From assembly GCF_006345805.1 (NCBI RefSeq), contig NW_021831989.1, forward strand, positions 558,001 to 622,000: a stretch of 64,000 bases of DNA, in the 5' to 3' direction. Below the pieces are notes generated by a model. It worked only from the letters and a program-made list of their open reading frames with translations, made no database searches and was not told the origin of the DNA. This document shows, piece after piece, positions 23,751 to 35,966 of the stretch. Position 1 is the stretch's first letter, and every line of letters starts with the position of its first letter. The stretch comes from Octopus sinensis (Eukaryota). A program made the translations under genes and the position numbers.

Positions 23751-25230
23751 CTTTAACACAGCTGATTGTATGTAAGTTCGAGTTCTGTCTTCAATAGCCA
23801 ACTTTTCAATATAGCTCTTAAAAAAATTGGAAACGAGCCCCTCCTAGGTCAAAACCAGTTGAATTATTTTTACTTGAGCATCGTAAAGAATCGACAACTC
23901 CCCGGCTAATAGATAGTATTTATGGTATTTCTCGACCTCGACCTGGAGTGGAGAAAATTTGTGTAATTTAATCATAATAAATTGAAATTTAAATCACAGT
24001 GATGCAATTTCTAAATCTCGCTCTATCAACTTTGAACTTGGTTTTAATTTATTTTTAAATTAAGAACACCGTCAAAGCCTGAAAACAAAATTAGTTGGGT
24101 TATTTCGAAATTCATAATCAAGAAGCCAAGTCGATCTCGCAAATTTCATCAATCCCCTACACAAACTAAATGTCAAACAGAATATGCTGACTGATTTCAA
24201 CCTAAATGTCAAACAGGATATGTTGACTGAGTGGACTTTGTGGTTGTGAGTAAATCTGAGACATTTGTTGTTCTAAACAGAATTCAAAAAATAGGGATTA
24301 AATATTGAGCCAAAAGCTATCCAAACTGGTCATTTTTCGACGTAATATATCAACGTAAGGAAATGTCAAAGCCTCCTCAGCTCCTCTTTCCTAATGACAT
24401 GGCCACTTTGATGTTCTGAGGGTTAGACAGAGTGACTGGTCAAACTTTGAATATTCATGTCTCTGTGGTTTCTAAGTTTCCTAGTAGAAATATATATTCC
24501 TCGTAATCTGCATCAAATGGGGGGAGGTTCTTAGAGTATTTTGTTTAGGGATAGTCTCCAGATGGCCCTCATAGAGATAAAGTCATGTATTAATGCCGAT
24601 CTTTTTTTCTCTGTTTCCCAAAAGGATTTTCAACAAAATTCTTTCCAGATCAGCAAAGGTAGCACATATTGTCCTTTAGTTGGCGGATTTGCGAAGATTG
24701 TAAGCCGGGTGGTAAGCAGCCGAAGATTCATCCCAAAATTGGAACCCCCCACATTTCAAGATTTGTTTCCCAATGAAAATTATCAATAGGGGAAGATTTT
24801 AAACATCTGATTATCGCTCGAAGCCCAGAAAAGTCGAATTATAACAAATTCATTTTTTGTCAAGAACTATAATTCTGGAACATAAAGGCCTTCGAAAAAA
24901 TGATTTAAAGAAACTCGACACCTTTCATATAATCTAACTCCGCATACTGAATGGAATCTTTGGCAAAGAAAAATTTCAAACGAAAACTATATACGCTATG
25001 TAATTCTAGATTAATCATCATGAAAGTGACCTTATCGAGATGTCAGTTATTTAGACATATTCTTAGACTTTGTCAAAAACACCGAACAACCGAATAATGG
25101 AAAATTATTCTCGCGATACATTTTTTTAATTTTATTTTATTAACTATAACATTTAATAAAAATATAATTAAATGTCAAGCCAACAGTATAAAAGATAAAT
25201 AAACTTTTAAATATTTTTAAAGATTAGAAA

Positions 25231-26765
25231 ATGAAAATTTTCTTCATCATTTTAAACATATTTTACATTGGATGTAACTACATAAATTCTCCTCAAATTT
25301 CAAGAGACGAACCTTTAATTCTTACTGACTACTTAAATAAGGGACAAGGAGAATTGGCTAGGGAATTGAGCAGAGTTGAACCTATAATAGGAAATGCTGA
25401 GCTCTACGCTGGTTTTTTCAGAGTAAGCACTGAATGTGAAAGAAATACATATTTCTGGTATTTTCCAGCCGAGGTTTAATTATTTTTATGATCACAAAAG
25501 AACGGAAACATATCAGCACCTATTCTAGTTTGGTTGCAGGGTGGACCCGGAGCTTCTTCGATTTATGGTGCTTTTGTGGAAAATGGTCCATACTTTTTTA
25601 CTTCAGACGACGAATGTTATTTATTTTTGATTAATTATGTAGTAAAATTAAGAGAAATTTCGTGGACAAAAGAGTTTAGCGTTATTTACATCGACAATCC
25701 TGTATATTTTAATTAATTACTTCCAGGTCGGATCTGGATTTAGTTTTTCAGATATAGAGTGCTATCTTACAAATGAAGAACAAATTGGTTATTATTTAAC
25801 AATGTAATCTTATCAAATTGACACGAGTTAGTTTCATGCAACAATTTTATCTGCTTTTTCCAGAATTGAGGATTAACCCCCTTTACATTACTGGAGAATC
25901 TTATGCCGGAAAATATATTCCTGCAATGGTTTCTGCAATAGATCAATATAACTGGAACAATCCAACGCCAATTAATTTAGTTGGAATGGCAATTGGAGAT
26001 GGTTTGTGTGATCCGTATAATGTATGTTAATTGAGCTATAAAAAAGATGTTTGACTATGGAACGTATCTGTATAATATTGGACTTATTTTTGATAATCAA
26101 ATTGGCAAATTTGATGATTTAAATTTTTTGGCACGGCAGAACATTGAAGCTGGAAATTTTTATCGAAGCAGTGAGGTTTCTTTTATTAAATAAACGAAGT
26201 ATTTTGATGAAATATTTGACCTATTCTATGAACTAACTGGTCTTACTAACCAATATAATTATATACTCGACGGGGTTTTAGTTCAATAATTCATAAGTTT
26301 AGGAAGCTCCCTATCAAAATTATATTGATTTTTTAAACGAAAATTCTCATCGATTTAATGCAGGAAATTTAACATTTTGTGATGACTGTGTTCTTCCCAA
26401 TCGGAAGCTATATGAAGATATTCCCAAATCAATGGCCTCCACAATACAAAACGTCCTCAATGCAGGCTATAAAGTGATTTAATTATTATTATCAGACTCT
26501 CTTTTATTCCGGACAAGTTGACGTAATCGTCCCCTATATTGCGACCAGTGCATTTTTAAGAGAACTTAATTGGATTGGAAAAGAAGAATTTTCAAATGCT
26601 CCTCAACAAATTTGGTACTCGACAAACGGATCCAGAGTGAATGGATATTATAGAACTGCTGGAAATTTAATGCAGCTAATTGTGAGAGATTCTGGACACA
26701 TGGTTCCAACTGATCAACCAGAAGCAGGAGTCGAAATGCTCAAGCTTTTCATCTATGGATTCTAA
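25231..26765 (+). CDS. CPVL: Serine carboxypeptidase (peptidase S10), vitellogenic carboxypeptidase/CPVL-like; 9 exons
   Basis: Signal-peptide-like start. Motifs WLQGGPG, YIDNP|VGSGFS, GESYAG (Ser), GQVD (Asp), SGHMVPTDQP (His). Removing eight GT-AG introns (27, 27, 25, 28, 25, 24, 28, 22 nt; first at 25474-25500) gives one open frame ending in TAA. Confidence 0.92.
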
Positions 26766-27049
26766 TTAATTATTTATTTCTGGTTTCTGGTTTATACTAA
26801 CATATTTTGTTACTAATTTACTGATTACTAAACAATTTTCTGATAATTCATGTTATCTTTAAAAAATTAGCGGTTTAAAGTTATTTGAGGTTTAAAAAAA
26901 TTTTGTTATCTAATCTTCTATTTAATACGTGAGCAATAAAATTTTTGTTTACAAAAATTTAAGTATTAAATGACTCTTCCCATTACGGAATTTATAACAA
27001 ACAGATTTATTACTCCAGGTAACTACAGTGGATTTTATTTTTAACGAAA

Positions 27050-27720
27050 ATTCAAAATTATTTATTTTTACACATAAAATCAGTTATATCTTGCATTACA
27101 TTTCGTAATTTACCCATAATTGATATATTTGAAGATAAATTTTGTAGAATGAACTTTTCCATAGTCTCAATTGCACACATTGCATCACAGAAACAAATTT
27201 TCTCTATATCCTCATCATTTTTATCCTTATCTTCACAGAACTCAATTGTTCCAAAAATTCTTCCTCGTTGTAGTTACAAACCGGAGTGTCCTGCTTTGCC
27301 CAATTGTTAAATACTTTTTCTAAGCAATTCATTACTCTTGTTTTTGTAATTTCATCCCACGCTTCAATCAATGGTATTGCTTTAACTAGTTTGAAATTTC
27401 TGATTTTTTCATTTTTGAGATCAATAGATGACATTTTCAATAAAAAATGAACATGGCTTTCATATAAAAATACAGGATTGGCTAATTGCTCATCTCCTGA
27501 TATAATAGTACGAGATTTTATTCTTAAAAGAATTGATCCATGTACTTGAAGCTTTAAAATTCGGAAATGAATTTTTTTGCATTTTTTGTTGTCATTTGTT
27601 GTAGCAAGCCATTTTTAATAGTATCGCCGAATGATCTTGTATTCTGAATCCATTCATAAAGTGGCATATTAATTAAGGTAAACTTCGAGGAAATTTTGTT
27701 AGAATTCATATTTTCAAAAT
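27050..27720 (-). pseudogene. Degenerate pogo/Tigger-like transposase fragment
   Basis: C-terminal-like segment FKLVKAIPLIEAWDEITKTRVMNCLEK. Many stops and no TIRs found. Confidence 0.45.
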
Positions 27721-27767
27721 AGGATTAATTCCTTAGATTTTGTTTATTGTTCCTATTGGCATTTTGA

Positions 27768-28065
27768 ATTATTATTATTATTATTTAAGCCAAAAACAGA
27801 ATCACCGTCTTAACCATTAACTAACGTGTTCAGGTGATTCCGACACTTCTCAACAGTCTAGCCATCTTTTCACGATGTTCAGACCGTGACCCCACACACT
27901 TTCTGTATGTACGGTGAAATGCTTGTGGTCCATCTCCACGATCCCTCCCACTTGCCTCTACAAGAGACTCCAGTGTTCGATGGACAATTTTCATGTCGGT
28001 ATGGTCCTTCAGTATGTTTATGGATTTTTCTTGGATTTTCTCGATTTTTAGTTGGTTCGTTGCAG
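27768..28065 (-). mobile_element. 3' fragment of the LINE family at 17131-17765, (TAA)n tail
   Basis: Closely similar to 17128-17420 (attattattatttaagccaaa..accgtcttaaccattaactaac..ttcaggtgattccgacacttctcaacag). Confidence 0.85.
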
Positions 28066-28330
28066 GAATACTTTACTCAATTGAGATTGTGTAATGTTTT
28101 TAAATTTTTTATAGTAAAAAACTTGGAGGTTTCTTTGAAGACTATATGTTTTTCGATTGTTTTATGCGTTATTATTACGTGAACACATGAATCAAATTCA
28201 AAAAATTGTTTTCGTTAATAAAATTTTCGTTAAAAATTGAGTTTCTTATGATTTTTAGTATATTTAAAAAAAATTGTTAAATTAAAAAATTATATTCTGT
28301 GTATCCTATTGTATTCTATTCTAATATATT

Positions 28331-31200
28331 CATGGAAAAAGTAGATAATCCCATATGTTTTTCTTGCAAGAAATCGAACGGACGGAAATTTTTTCTCTTT
28401 CTTGTATTGGTCTTAAGAGGAAGCAGGGATTTGCCCTCCAGACGTGGAATTGCTCTTCGTGCGTAGTTCCTGGATGGTGTCGACCTCCCTTTGTCCTTCC
28501 CGTTTCTGATGCAGAGGATTTCCTGCGATATCTGTCCGCTCTGCGACGGTGCAGGTACATCCCCGTTAGGATTCCGAAGGCAGTCAGGTTACTTGCTGCG
28601 GAGAGTCTTGCCACCTTGATCGGAAATACCACGAAGAGTAACTCCGATGCCCTTTCATGGGCAAAACTATTCCTCTTTCCCGTCTACGCTTTGGGCGTCC
28701 AGATACAGCACCGAACGAATGGGCAATCCCTCGCTAAGTGTTGAAAGCGCAGATCGCTGAATTCATGTTCAATTTTGAGTCCGTCCTCTGCCCCATACCG
28801 AAGAGACGCACAAAGTTGAAAGAAGCCCATCAAAGGCATCTGAGGCCGAAAGGATACGCCAGGTGGTACAAACAAAACTCATGAAGTGGGACGTAAAGGC
28901 CGCTGTACGCGCCATATTCTCGGACCTGGGCACTCTTCCATACAACACTGCTACTGTTTCCGCATTGAAGTCGAAACATCCCAGCGCCCCTGAAGACTTT
29001 CGTGAATTCCACTTCCCTAATGTCATGCCATTAGTATCCTCGGCCGCGGACGTCTCCGATAGCCTGAAATCTTTCCGCCGCAGCAGCTCTGGCGGTGTGG
29101 ATGGCCCAAGCCCTGGGCATGTTCGTGATTTGATATGCCGGCGCTTAGGGGAAAACAGTACTGCCTTGCTTGAAAAGATCGTTGTCCGGCGACTTATGCT
29201 CGTTTGCCCGCGAACTGATCTTTTCCTCATGTTTGACGGCCCTAAAGAAGGCGGATGGCGGAGCTCGCCCCATTGTTGTTGGAAACATTTTTCGAAGGAC
29301 TGGTTCCAAGATAGCAAGCAAGGCAGGTTCTGGGGCACTTCTACCGTACTTCGTACCAACACAGCTCGGAGTTGGTATCCGAGGAGGCGCCGAGGTCGGG
29401 GTCCACGCTCTATGTGAGTTTGTTATCTCTTCCACGGATTCCCAACGAATTCTGGCCAAGATCGACTTAAAGAATGCATTCAATTCTGTTAGGAAAGACT
29501 ATATCCTTGAAGCCTGCGCCAAAAAAATTCCGTCCATCCTACCGATTGTCAACTTGGCATACTCAAGTTTTCCGCGCTTATATTCGGGACAACTATACCT
29601 GATTCTGCCAATGGAGTTCAACAAGGTGACCCTCTAGGTCCTTTCTTATTCTCCCTCGCAATCCACCAAACAACGAGATATTGTAAAACTGACTTTAACA
29701 TGTGATATTTGGATGATGGAGTAATTGGAGGAACCCCGAAGGCATCTTGGAAACGCTGAGGTCGCTTGTGTTTAATTTCGAAGCGCTGGGGCTTGAATTC
29801 AACAGCGGCAAATGTGAAATTGTGAATGTCAACACGGACGAACTTTCCTTTCGAAAGTGGATGACCGAATTTGACAAACTGCTACTTGGATGTACCTTCC
29901 CTCTCAAAGAAGACTTGATTTTTGTTGGATTTCCTATTTTTGAGAGTGGTATCAAAGCTGTTATGAAGGCTAAAATTTTGGAATTTTCCCTTCTCTCTGA
30001 AAAATTACGTTGTGTGGATAGCCACATTAGGCTCTTTTTATTGAGGAACTGTCTATCTATTCCAAAGTTAACATACGTTTTGAAGACGGCCCAGTTCTAT
30101 GAGGAAACAGATCTTCTCGAAGATTATTCCGAGCGCATGAGAGCTTGCACTGAGGACATCCTCAACGTCAGCTTCGATACGCAGTCGTGGAGACAGGCGA
30201 CTCTTCCAATTTCCTTTGGAAGGATCGGCCTGATCATTCCGGCAGACTAGCGCACGGCGCATATTTTCCCTCATTCCTCTCGTCCAAAGATATTATTGAC
30301 ACTGTTCTTTCTCAAATAAATGAACAGAGGAATTCATTTGCTGTTGATGATTGCGTCGCCGTATGGGAAAAGCTGGGACTGCCATTGCCGTCTGATGTGA
30401 CCTGCCAATCGGAGTGGACGTCAAAAGTTTACGCCAATACGTATTCAAGGCTAAAGGAAAGCATGGACCAGAGAAGGTTGGATTGTTTACAAGCGGGTAG
30501 CCAGCCCCTAAGCGGCGCGTGGCTAAACTGTTACCCTTATAATACAACTAATTGACTTCTTAATGATGAAGCCGTAAGAATTGGAGTCTGCGCCTCGGTC
30601 TACGCGTTTATGCAAAACACCAATGCCGGTGCGGCGTGTGGGCCGACGAGTTTGGATATCACTCCCTCTCATGTCGAAACGGAATTGGACGTTCCTCACG
30701 GCATTCCCAACTGAACCAGATCATCTGTCGATCTCTTCAAACTGCTGGATTCCACACACAATTGGAACCTGCAGGGATTTTCGTAGAGGACGGCAGAAGA
30801 CCCGATGGGATGACCACATTTCCATTTCAGAGAGGAAAGTGTCTGGTTTGGGACGTCACGTGTGTGAACTCCTTTTCCAATCAGAATATTAAATTATGTA
30901 TCGAAAATCTGGGATCCCCGTCTGAACGGGCTGAGAAGAGAAAAACTGAGAAATACGCTGGAATTGGGAATGGCAGAGTGTTTGTCCCCCTGGCTGTTGA
31001 GACGTCAGGAATACAGGGGCCTTCTACTCGGACCCTACTCCAGCGCATTGCCTCATTAATCGAAAGGGTTACCGGCGACCCGTGTGAGCACCGGTATTTA
31101 ATCGAACGAATATCTATAGCCATAGTCAGAGGCAATACTCTGGCTATCTGCCAATGACGATTTTTCTCTTGTCCTTTCTTTATTAATAAAAAGAATATCA
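28331..31200 (+). mobile_element. CRE-clade retrotransposon (PHD-like finger + RT + RLE), near full length, frameshifted
   Basis: ICFSCKKSNGR..SLSCIGL..WNCSSC, YIPVRIPKAVR, KKADGGARPI, KIDLKNAFN, CGVWADEFGYHSLSC, GRRPDG..WDVTC, VETSG, IAIVRGN. Confidence 0.9.
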
Positions 31201-31249
31201 TTAAATCCTTATTATGACTAACTTTGAACTGCTTAAAAGCCAAAGAGAT

Positions 31250-32100
31250 GGCAAACTTTTACTACACCGCAAATATTAGTATAATACAGATAGAAAAAAG
31301 ACGGTGTTACCTATAGAGGTGCAGAAATCGAGAATGGATGCTCAAAACAAGTTGAGTAAAAAAATGCTCATAATCATGGCCCCTTTGAGGATTATGAGAT
31401 AAAAAGCATGAAACTAGTTTCTGACCTGAAAGATGCCGCAAAGGTGTCAGAAGACAGAACTATGAATGTGGTGTCAAGAAGCCTCATTGGAGCCAATGTT
31501 GACATCATTAAAATCCTGCCAAAGGAACGTTCATTGACTCACTCGTTCGACGGGAAAGAGAAACACTGATACCAAATTTTGTTCCAGCCATTCCTGAAAT
31601 TCTTTGGTATAATGATCGGGGCGAAATTTTTTATCGCAAGGATTCCGGAATTAATGATGTAATTACGTCATTTTTTGTTCGGATTATCAGGTTGACATTT
31701 TGAGAAAATCAGATGTCTGGGTTATTGATGGTACCGTGCCTAATCAAGTCGAACAATTGATTACAATCCAAGGAAAATATTTATGTAAATTCTGGCCTCT
31801 TGCGCACCATCTTTTGCTCAACAAAACAGAAAATGCCTACTGTGCATTATTTGAAGAAATAAAGACACTTGTTACTTCATCAGCAAGTATTTTATTTGAT
31901 TTTGAAAAGGGGTTAATCAATTCCACAAAATCAGTTTTTTCGTCGTCTAATGTATTTGGCTGTAATTTCCATTTCGGCCAAATCATCTGGCGGAAAATAC
32001 AATGTCTTGGTCTTGTGGGAGCCTACAAAGACGTTTCATCGTGGGAACGAAAATTATTGAGGAAATGCCGTAAAAAAACCTTGAACTGAGAATAGCATGT
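31250..32100 (+). pseudogene. Mutator-like (MULE) transposase remnant
   Basis: HNH after FLYWCH-like segment. WVIDGT, LLNKTENAY, ILFDFEKGLINS, GCNFHFGQIIWRKIQCLGL. Confidence 0.75.
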
Positions 32101-32324
32101 GAAAATTTTCATGAATTTAAAGTAGATTGCTATTTTAAGCTAATTGATGGTTTGATTTGCTTTAAAAGTTCAGAATAAAAAGTAATTTGTAAAAATTTCA
32201 TTTACCCTTAAAATATTTTTCTTCGAAGACGAGTTGTCGCTTAACGAACTATAGTTATTTAAAAAATCATAATAAACAGAGAAGAATTTATAGCTTAGGC
32301 ATACTATGATTTTTGATTTTTAAA

Positions 32325-32510
32325 ACAATGTCCCTCAAAGGCCTCCATGAGATCCTAGAGAAGATAATGTTTGGGTGGCAGGTAAGGCGGTAAGTCTTAG
32401 TTTGCGATTGAGAGGTGAGCGTGTGTGCGGAACTGAAAAGGCAGGAATACCGAAGGTCCTTATCTATCCTCTACTAACTGCCCCCTTTAAATAAAAATTT
32501 TTCTTTCGTA
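32325..32510 (+). mobile_element. Short 3'-end copy of the LINE family at 19147-21677
   Basis: Similar to the reverse complement of 19235-19435 (tccctcaaaggcctc..gagaggtgagcgtgtgtgcgg.actgaaaa.gcaggaat.ccgaag). Confidence 0.75.
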
Positions 32511-32829
32511 AGGTATTTGTCATTTTATAATACAGTAAACCCTCTCTATAGTGAACCCTCTCTATAGTGAACAGGCCATATTAATGCAATCTACAATAAC
32601 AAATATTAGTAATTCTCATTAATATATTTATTATAAAATGAATACCACGTTTAAAAATGTATAATATCATTTATTTAAATATTTTTGTGTTCACTATTAA
32701 AGAATAGAATTTAGAATAGAATAGTGTTTATTGAGCGAAAAGAAAAAGAAAAACAAGGAAGAAATCATCGGCGGGGAGATAAAAACAAGGCACCGAAGTG
32801 TCTCTTTCCATGCGTATCCCCAATACTAG

Positions 32830-35427
32830 TCATGTTTGACGACAATTCTCCAAGACCATCCGGATCGTGGGCACAGAGGATTCTTGTGAGTCTTTTAACC
32901 TTCCGTCAAGTTGTACTCCGTAAGCCAATTTCATAGCGAAACGTCTTGTCTTTTCCAACTGTTCGATCAGGTAGTCACTCTCCTCCGTACCGTACCAGCC
33001 CTCGTAGCCATATGTGAGGACTGGCTGCACACACGTTTTGTATACGTAGATGTACGTTTCCGGATCCAGATGGAACCTGGATAAGCTTTTGAGGATCCTC
33101 ACACTCCTCTTTCTCTGATTTGCTATATGCTCTACGTACGAGCCACGACAGTTGATGGTTGCTCCCAGGTAAGAAAGATTTTTGCTTTTCGAGAGATCCA
33201 TCACATAGCTACTCATCGCATATGCACACGACTCCGCATAGCGACTCCCTCTCCGCAACCATGAAATGGTGCTCTTCTCCGGTGCTAGGGTCAAACCCTT
33301 CTCTATAGTCCACATCTTTAGCGTTGCAATGTATGATTTCAGTCGTCTCCAAGACTGCGATATCCTTTTCGAGGTATCCATGACCAGGATATCGTCAGCA
33401 TAGATAACGAGCTTGCCAGTACGTGTCAACGGCAGAGGAATGTCCGCCAAGAAGAGGTTGAATAGAAGTGGACTCAAGATAGATCCCTGCGGGACTCCCC
33501 TTCTAAGTTCCACACACCCTGATAGGCGGTTTCCACAGCGGACAAATGATTGTCTTCCTGACAAGAAGCTCTCCAGCCATCGATAGGTCTTTATCCCGGC
33601 TCCGATGTCATGGATTCTGGAGAGTAGGCCCAGGTGCCACACGCTATCGAAGGCTTTGGCCAGATCCAGACACACCACAGTTAGCCATGCTTCATTTCTG
33701 TCAGCACGGGATAATTGGTGCTCTAACTCCCTGAGGCAGTCCCCTGTGGATCTTCCTCCACGAAATCCCCATTGTTCGGGTAAAAGCAAATTTTGTGATT
33801 CTATATGACCAGAGAGTCTGTTAAAGACAATCTTTTCCATTGTCTTAGAGAAAGCACAAATGAGGCTAATTGGCCGGTAGTTCTGTGCCAGCAGTGTCGA
33901 TTTACCAGATTTTTGAATCATTCGAACAATCGTATGCTTCCACGCCGATGGAAGGTGTCCGAACGTCCAGCTGGCGTGAAACAACATAGTCAATGCTCGT
34001 ATCAAGATTTCAGGGGCCTTCTTTAACAACTTCGGATGGATGTAGTCGAAGCCAGGCGCCTTGTTCTTCAACCCAGCAATTGCCCTTTCAACCTCTTCCT
34101 GTGTTATCGCCCCACATAATGGTCCCTCCGATAATTGCGAAGAGCCAAGCTTCTTCACAATTCGGTCATAAGTCCCTCGTGGAACGGTAGATTCGACCTC
34201 TTGAACCTGACTGAGTTGGTTCCTGAGTACTTCCGGGATACGATCAGAGGAGATATATTTCCCGCCTGGTTCTTTTAGTGAAATTTCAAATCCTTTGGCA
34301 TCATTTCTGGTAAGGCGTTGATATGCTTTCCAGAAATTAGGGTTTCGCTTATCCAGTTTTCTGCATTCAGACCTCCATTTACTTTCGACCTCAGTCTTGG
34401 CCATTTTTGCAATAGTAGATTTTATCTTGTCGATCTCCAATTTCAGGCGGCATTTGATTGACTCAACCCGACATCTTCTCCTGCGATTTTCCAGGGTACC
34501 TTTCGTTCTGATCAGAGTGACAGGTTTCGAATTCATCCGCTTTTGCGTTCCTTTGGGTTTCCATACATTTTTTAATGCATAAACATCCAGGAATTTTATG
34601 ATTGACGATCTAAGGTGATCATCGAGATTGTCAATATCATCTCTGCTTCTCAGAGGCTGGGACACGACATTTCGAAGAGAATCCCGCATATATGATTCGA
34701 ATAAACTCCAGTTCATGTTCACGAGGTTGTAACCAATGAACAAGTCCTCCGTAACATTCATAGTCATCTTTATCAACATTGTTTGCGGCACGTGGTCAGA
34801 GCCAATGTCCGCTTCCAACCTCCGTATGTAACATAAAGGACTAATTGATGCCGAGCATAGAAAGAGACCCAAGCGATCAGCCCTGCCTCTGTCTGCATAA
34901 TGATTCAGTTCTTCCGATGTAAAGACCGAAAAACCCAAGCTACTGGCCAAGTCCTCAAGGACAGTTCCATCCATATTCGTAGTTTCACATCCATAACTCA
35001 CATTTTTGGCATTAAGATCTCCTGCTAGGATTGACAGGCAATTTTCCTCAAAGAACGTCCCAATAACGTTTGAATAGCGCCTTAGCGACTTTGAGTACAT
35101 TCCCCCGACGGTTAGCCAGCCAGCAGTCGTGTGCAGCTCGAGCACAATAAGTTCACAGAGTGACTCCTCCACAATTCTGATGTTTCTTACCTTAAGGTTC
35201 GCCCTGTAGTAGACTGAGGTTCCTGTCCCCGCCACTGAGTTTATTTTCCATGGTATATTAATAGACTTATAGCCTTCGAATTCCACCCTCGTAGCTTCCT
35301 TCAGCTTAGTCTCATTGATAATCAATATGTGAGACTTCGCTGTGGCCAGCAGGAGCCTCAGCTCCGATGCCCGTCTCGCAAGCGAGCGGGCATTTAGAAT
35401 TGTCAGAGCAAGGAATCCTTCCGACAT
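32830..35427 (-). CDS. LINE ORF2, uninterrupted 865 aa (AP endonuclease + reverse transcriptase)
   Basis: LNARSL, NETK, GDLNAK, GSDH; YRPISL, LDLAKAFDSV, PQGSILSP, YADD, YLG. Confidence 0.95.
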   Translation of the reverse strand: MSEGFLALTILNARSLARRASELRLLLATAKSHILIINETKLKEATRVEFEGYKSINIPWKINSVAGTGTSVYYRANLKVRNIRIVEESLCELIVLELHTTAGWLTVGGMYSKSLRRYSNVIGTFFEENCLSILAGDLNAKNVSYGCETTNMDGTVLEDLASSLGFSVFTSEELNHYADRGRADRLGLFLCSASISPLCYIRRLEADIGSDHVPQTMLIKMTMNVTEDLFIGYNLVNMNWSLFESYMRDSLRNVVSQPLRSRDDIDNLDDHLRSSIIKFLDVYALKNVWKPKGTQKRMNSKPVTLIRTKGTLENRRRRCRVESIKCRLKLEIDKIKSTIAKMAKTEVESKWRSECRKLDKRNPNFWKAYQRLTRNDAKGFEISLKEPGGKYISSDRIPEVLRNQLSQVQEVESTVPRGTYDRIVKKLGSSQLSEGPLCGAITQEEVERAIAGLKNKAPGFDYIHPKLLKKAPEILIRALTMLFHASWTFGHLPSAWKHTIVRMIQKSGKSTLLAQNYRPISLICAFSKTMEKIVFNRLSGHIESQNLLLPEQWGFRGGRSTGDCLRELEHQLSRADRNEAWLTVVCLDLAKAFDSVWHLGLLSRIHDIGAGIKTYRWLESFLSGRQSFVRCGNRLSGCVELRRGVPQGSILSPLLFNLFLADIPLPLTRTGKLVIYADDILVMDTSKRISQSWRRLKSYIATLKMWTIEKGLTLAPEKSTISWLRRGSRYAESCAYAMSSYVMDLSKSKNLSYLGATINCRGSYVEHIANQRKRSVRILKSLSRFHLDPETYIYVYKTCVQPVLTYGYEGWYGTEESDYLIEQLEKTRRFAMKLAYGVQLDGRLKDSQESSVPTIRMVLENCRQT

Positions 35428-35939
35428 GGGTGGCTGACCTCCCGTGGGAGCGCCACCTTTTTCGGTAAAGAGGGTCTGCCTGCTTTCCGTTTGCCACCGG
35501 TTTCAGCCGGCTCTGGAGGCGTCCCATCGTCCTCCAGCCGGGCTTCGGGGCTTGGCAGCTGAACTCCAGATTTTGCTACTGCAGTTTTTTTCACTGCTCT
35601 CGCCTTCGGGGCGGCGGGTTTTGTTTCTGGGCATGGGTCCGTTTGAATTCCCGTGTTAATGAAGCAGGTCTGACTTCCGGATTCGAAGTTCTTGACGATA
35701 ACGTCAGTTTGAACACCAATATCGCATTTCGGATTAAATAACTTCTTCGACCAAGACATTTGTATGCCAGACATTTGTATTGCATTTACACGATTTCTCT
35801 TAGTGGGAGTCACTTCCAGTTTCTTCTTTGTCGATTGTTTCGCCACCGGACAGCCCAACCAGTTCGCCCGGTGTCCATGTGATCCGCAGTTGATGCACGG
35901 GAGTTTGACGTGTGTTCCGATCGCACATTGGGTGCGATC
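35403..35939 (-). pseudogene. LINE ORF1 C-terminal part (gag-like CCHC knuckle), overlapping the ORF2 start
   Basis: In-frame upstream of ORF 35403-35858 the sequence reads KLPCINCGSHGHRANWLGCP. Confidence 0.75.
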
Positions 35940-35966
35940 GAATAGAATTTAATATTTTTACATATA

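Larger units (their letters stand above)
32714..35939 (-). mobile_element. Jockey-group LINE, 5'-truncated in ORF1, with (CTATT)n tail
   Basis: 12-bp TSD GAATAGAATTTA at 32702-32713 and 35940-35951. Tail GAATAGAATAG on + strand at 32714-32724. Confidence 0.9.

Noticed and set aside
24160-24232. ~32-bp tandem duplicate (CTAAATGTCAAACAG.ATATG.TGACTGA)
   Set aside because: Only two units with no spacer series. It is not CRISPR-like and is probably a local duplication.
24300-25000. Possible L1/Tx1 C-terminal remnant (CYLC, LIHDFISMRAIWRL) on the - strand
   Set aside because: Too degenerate to support.
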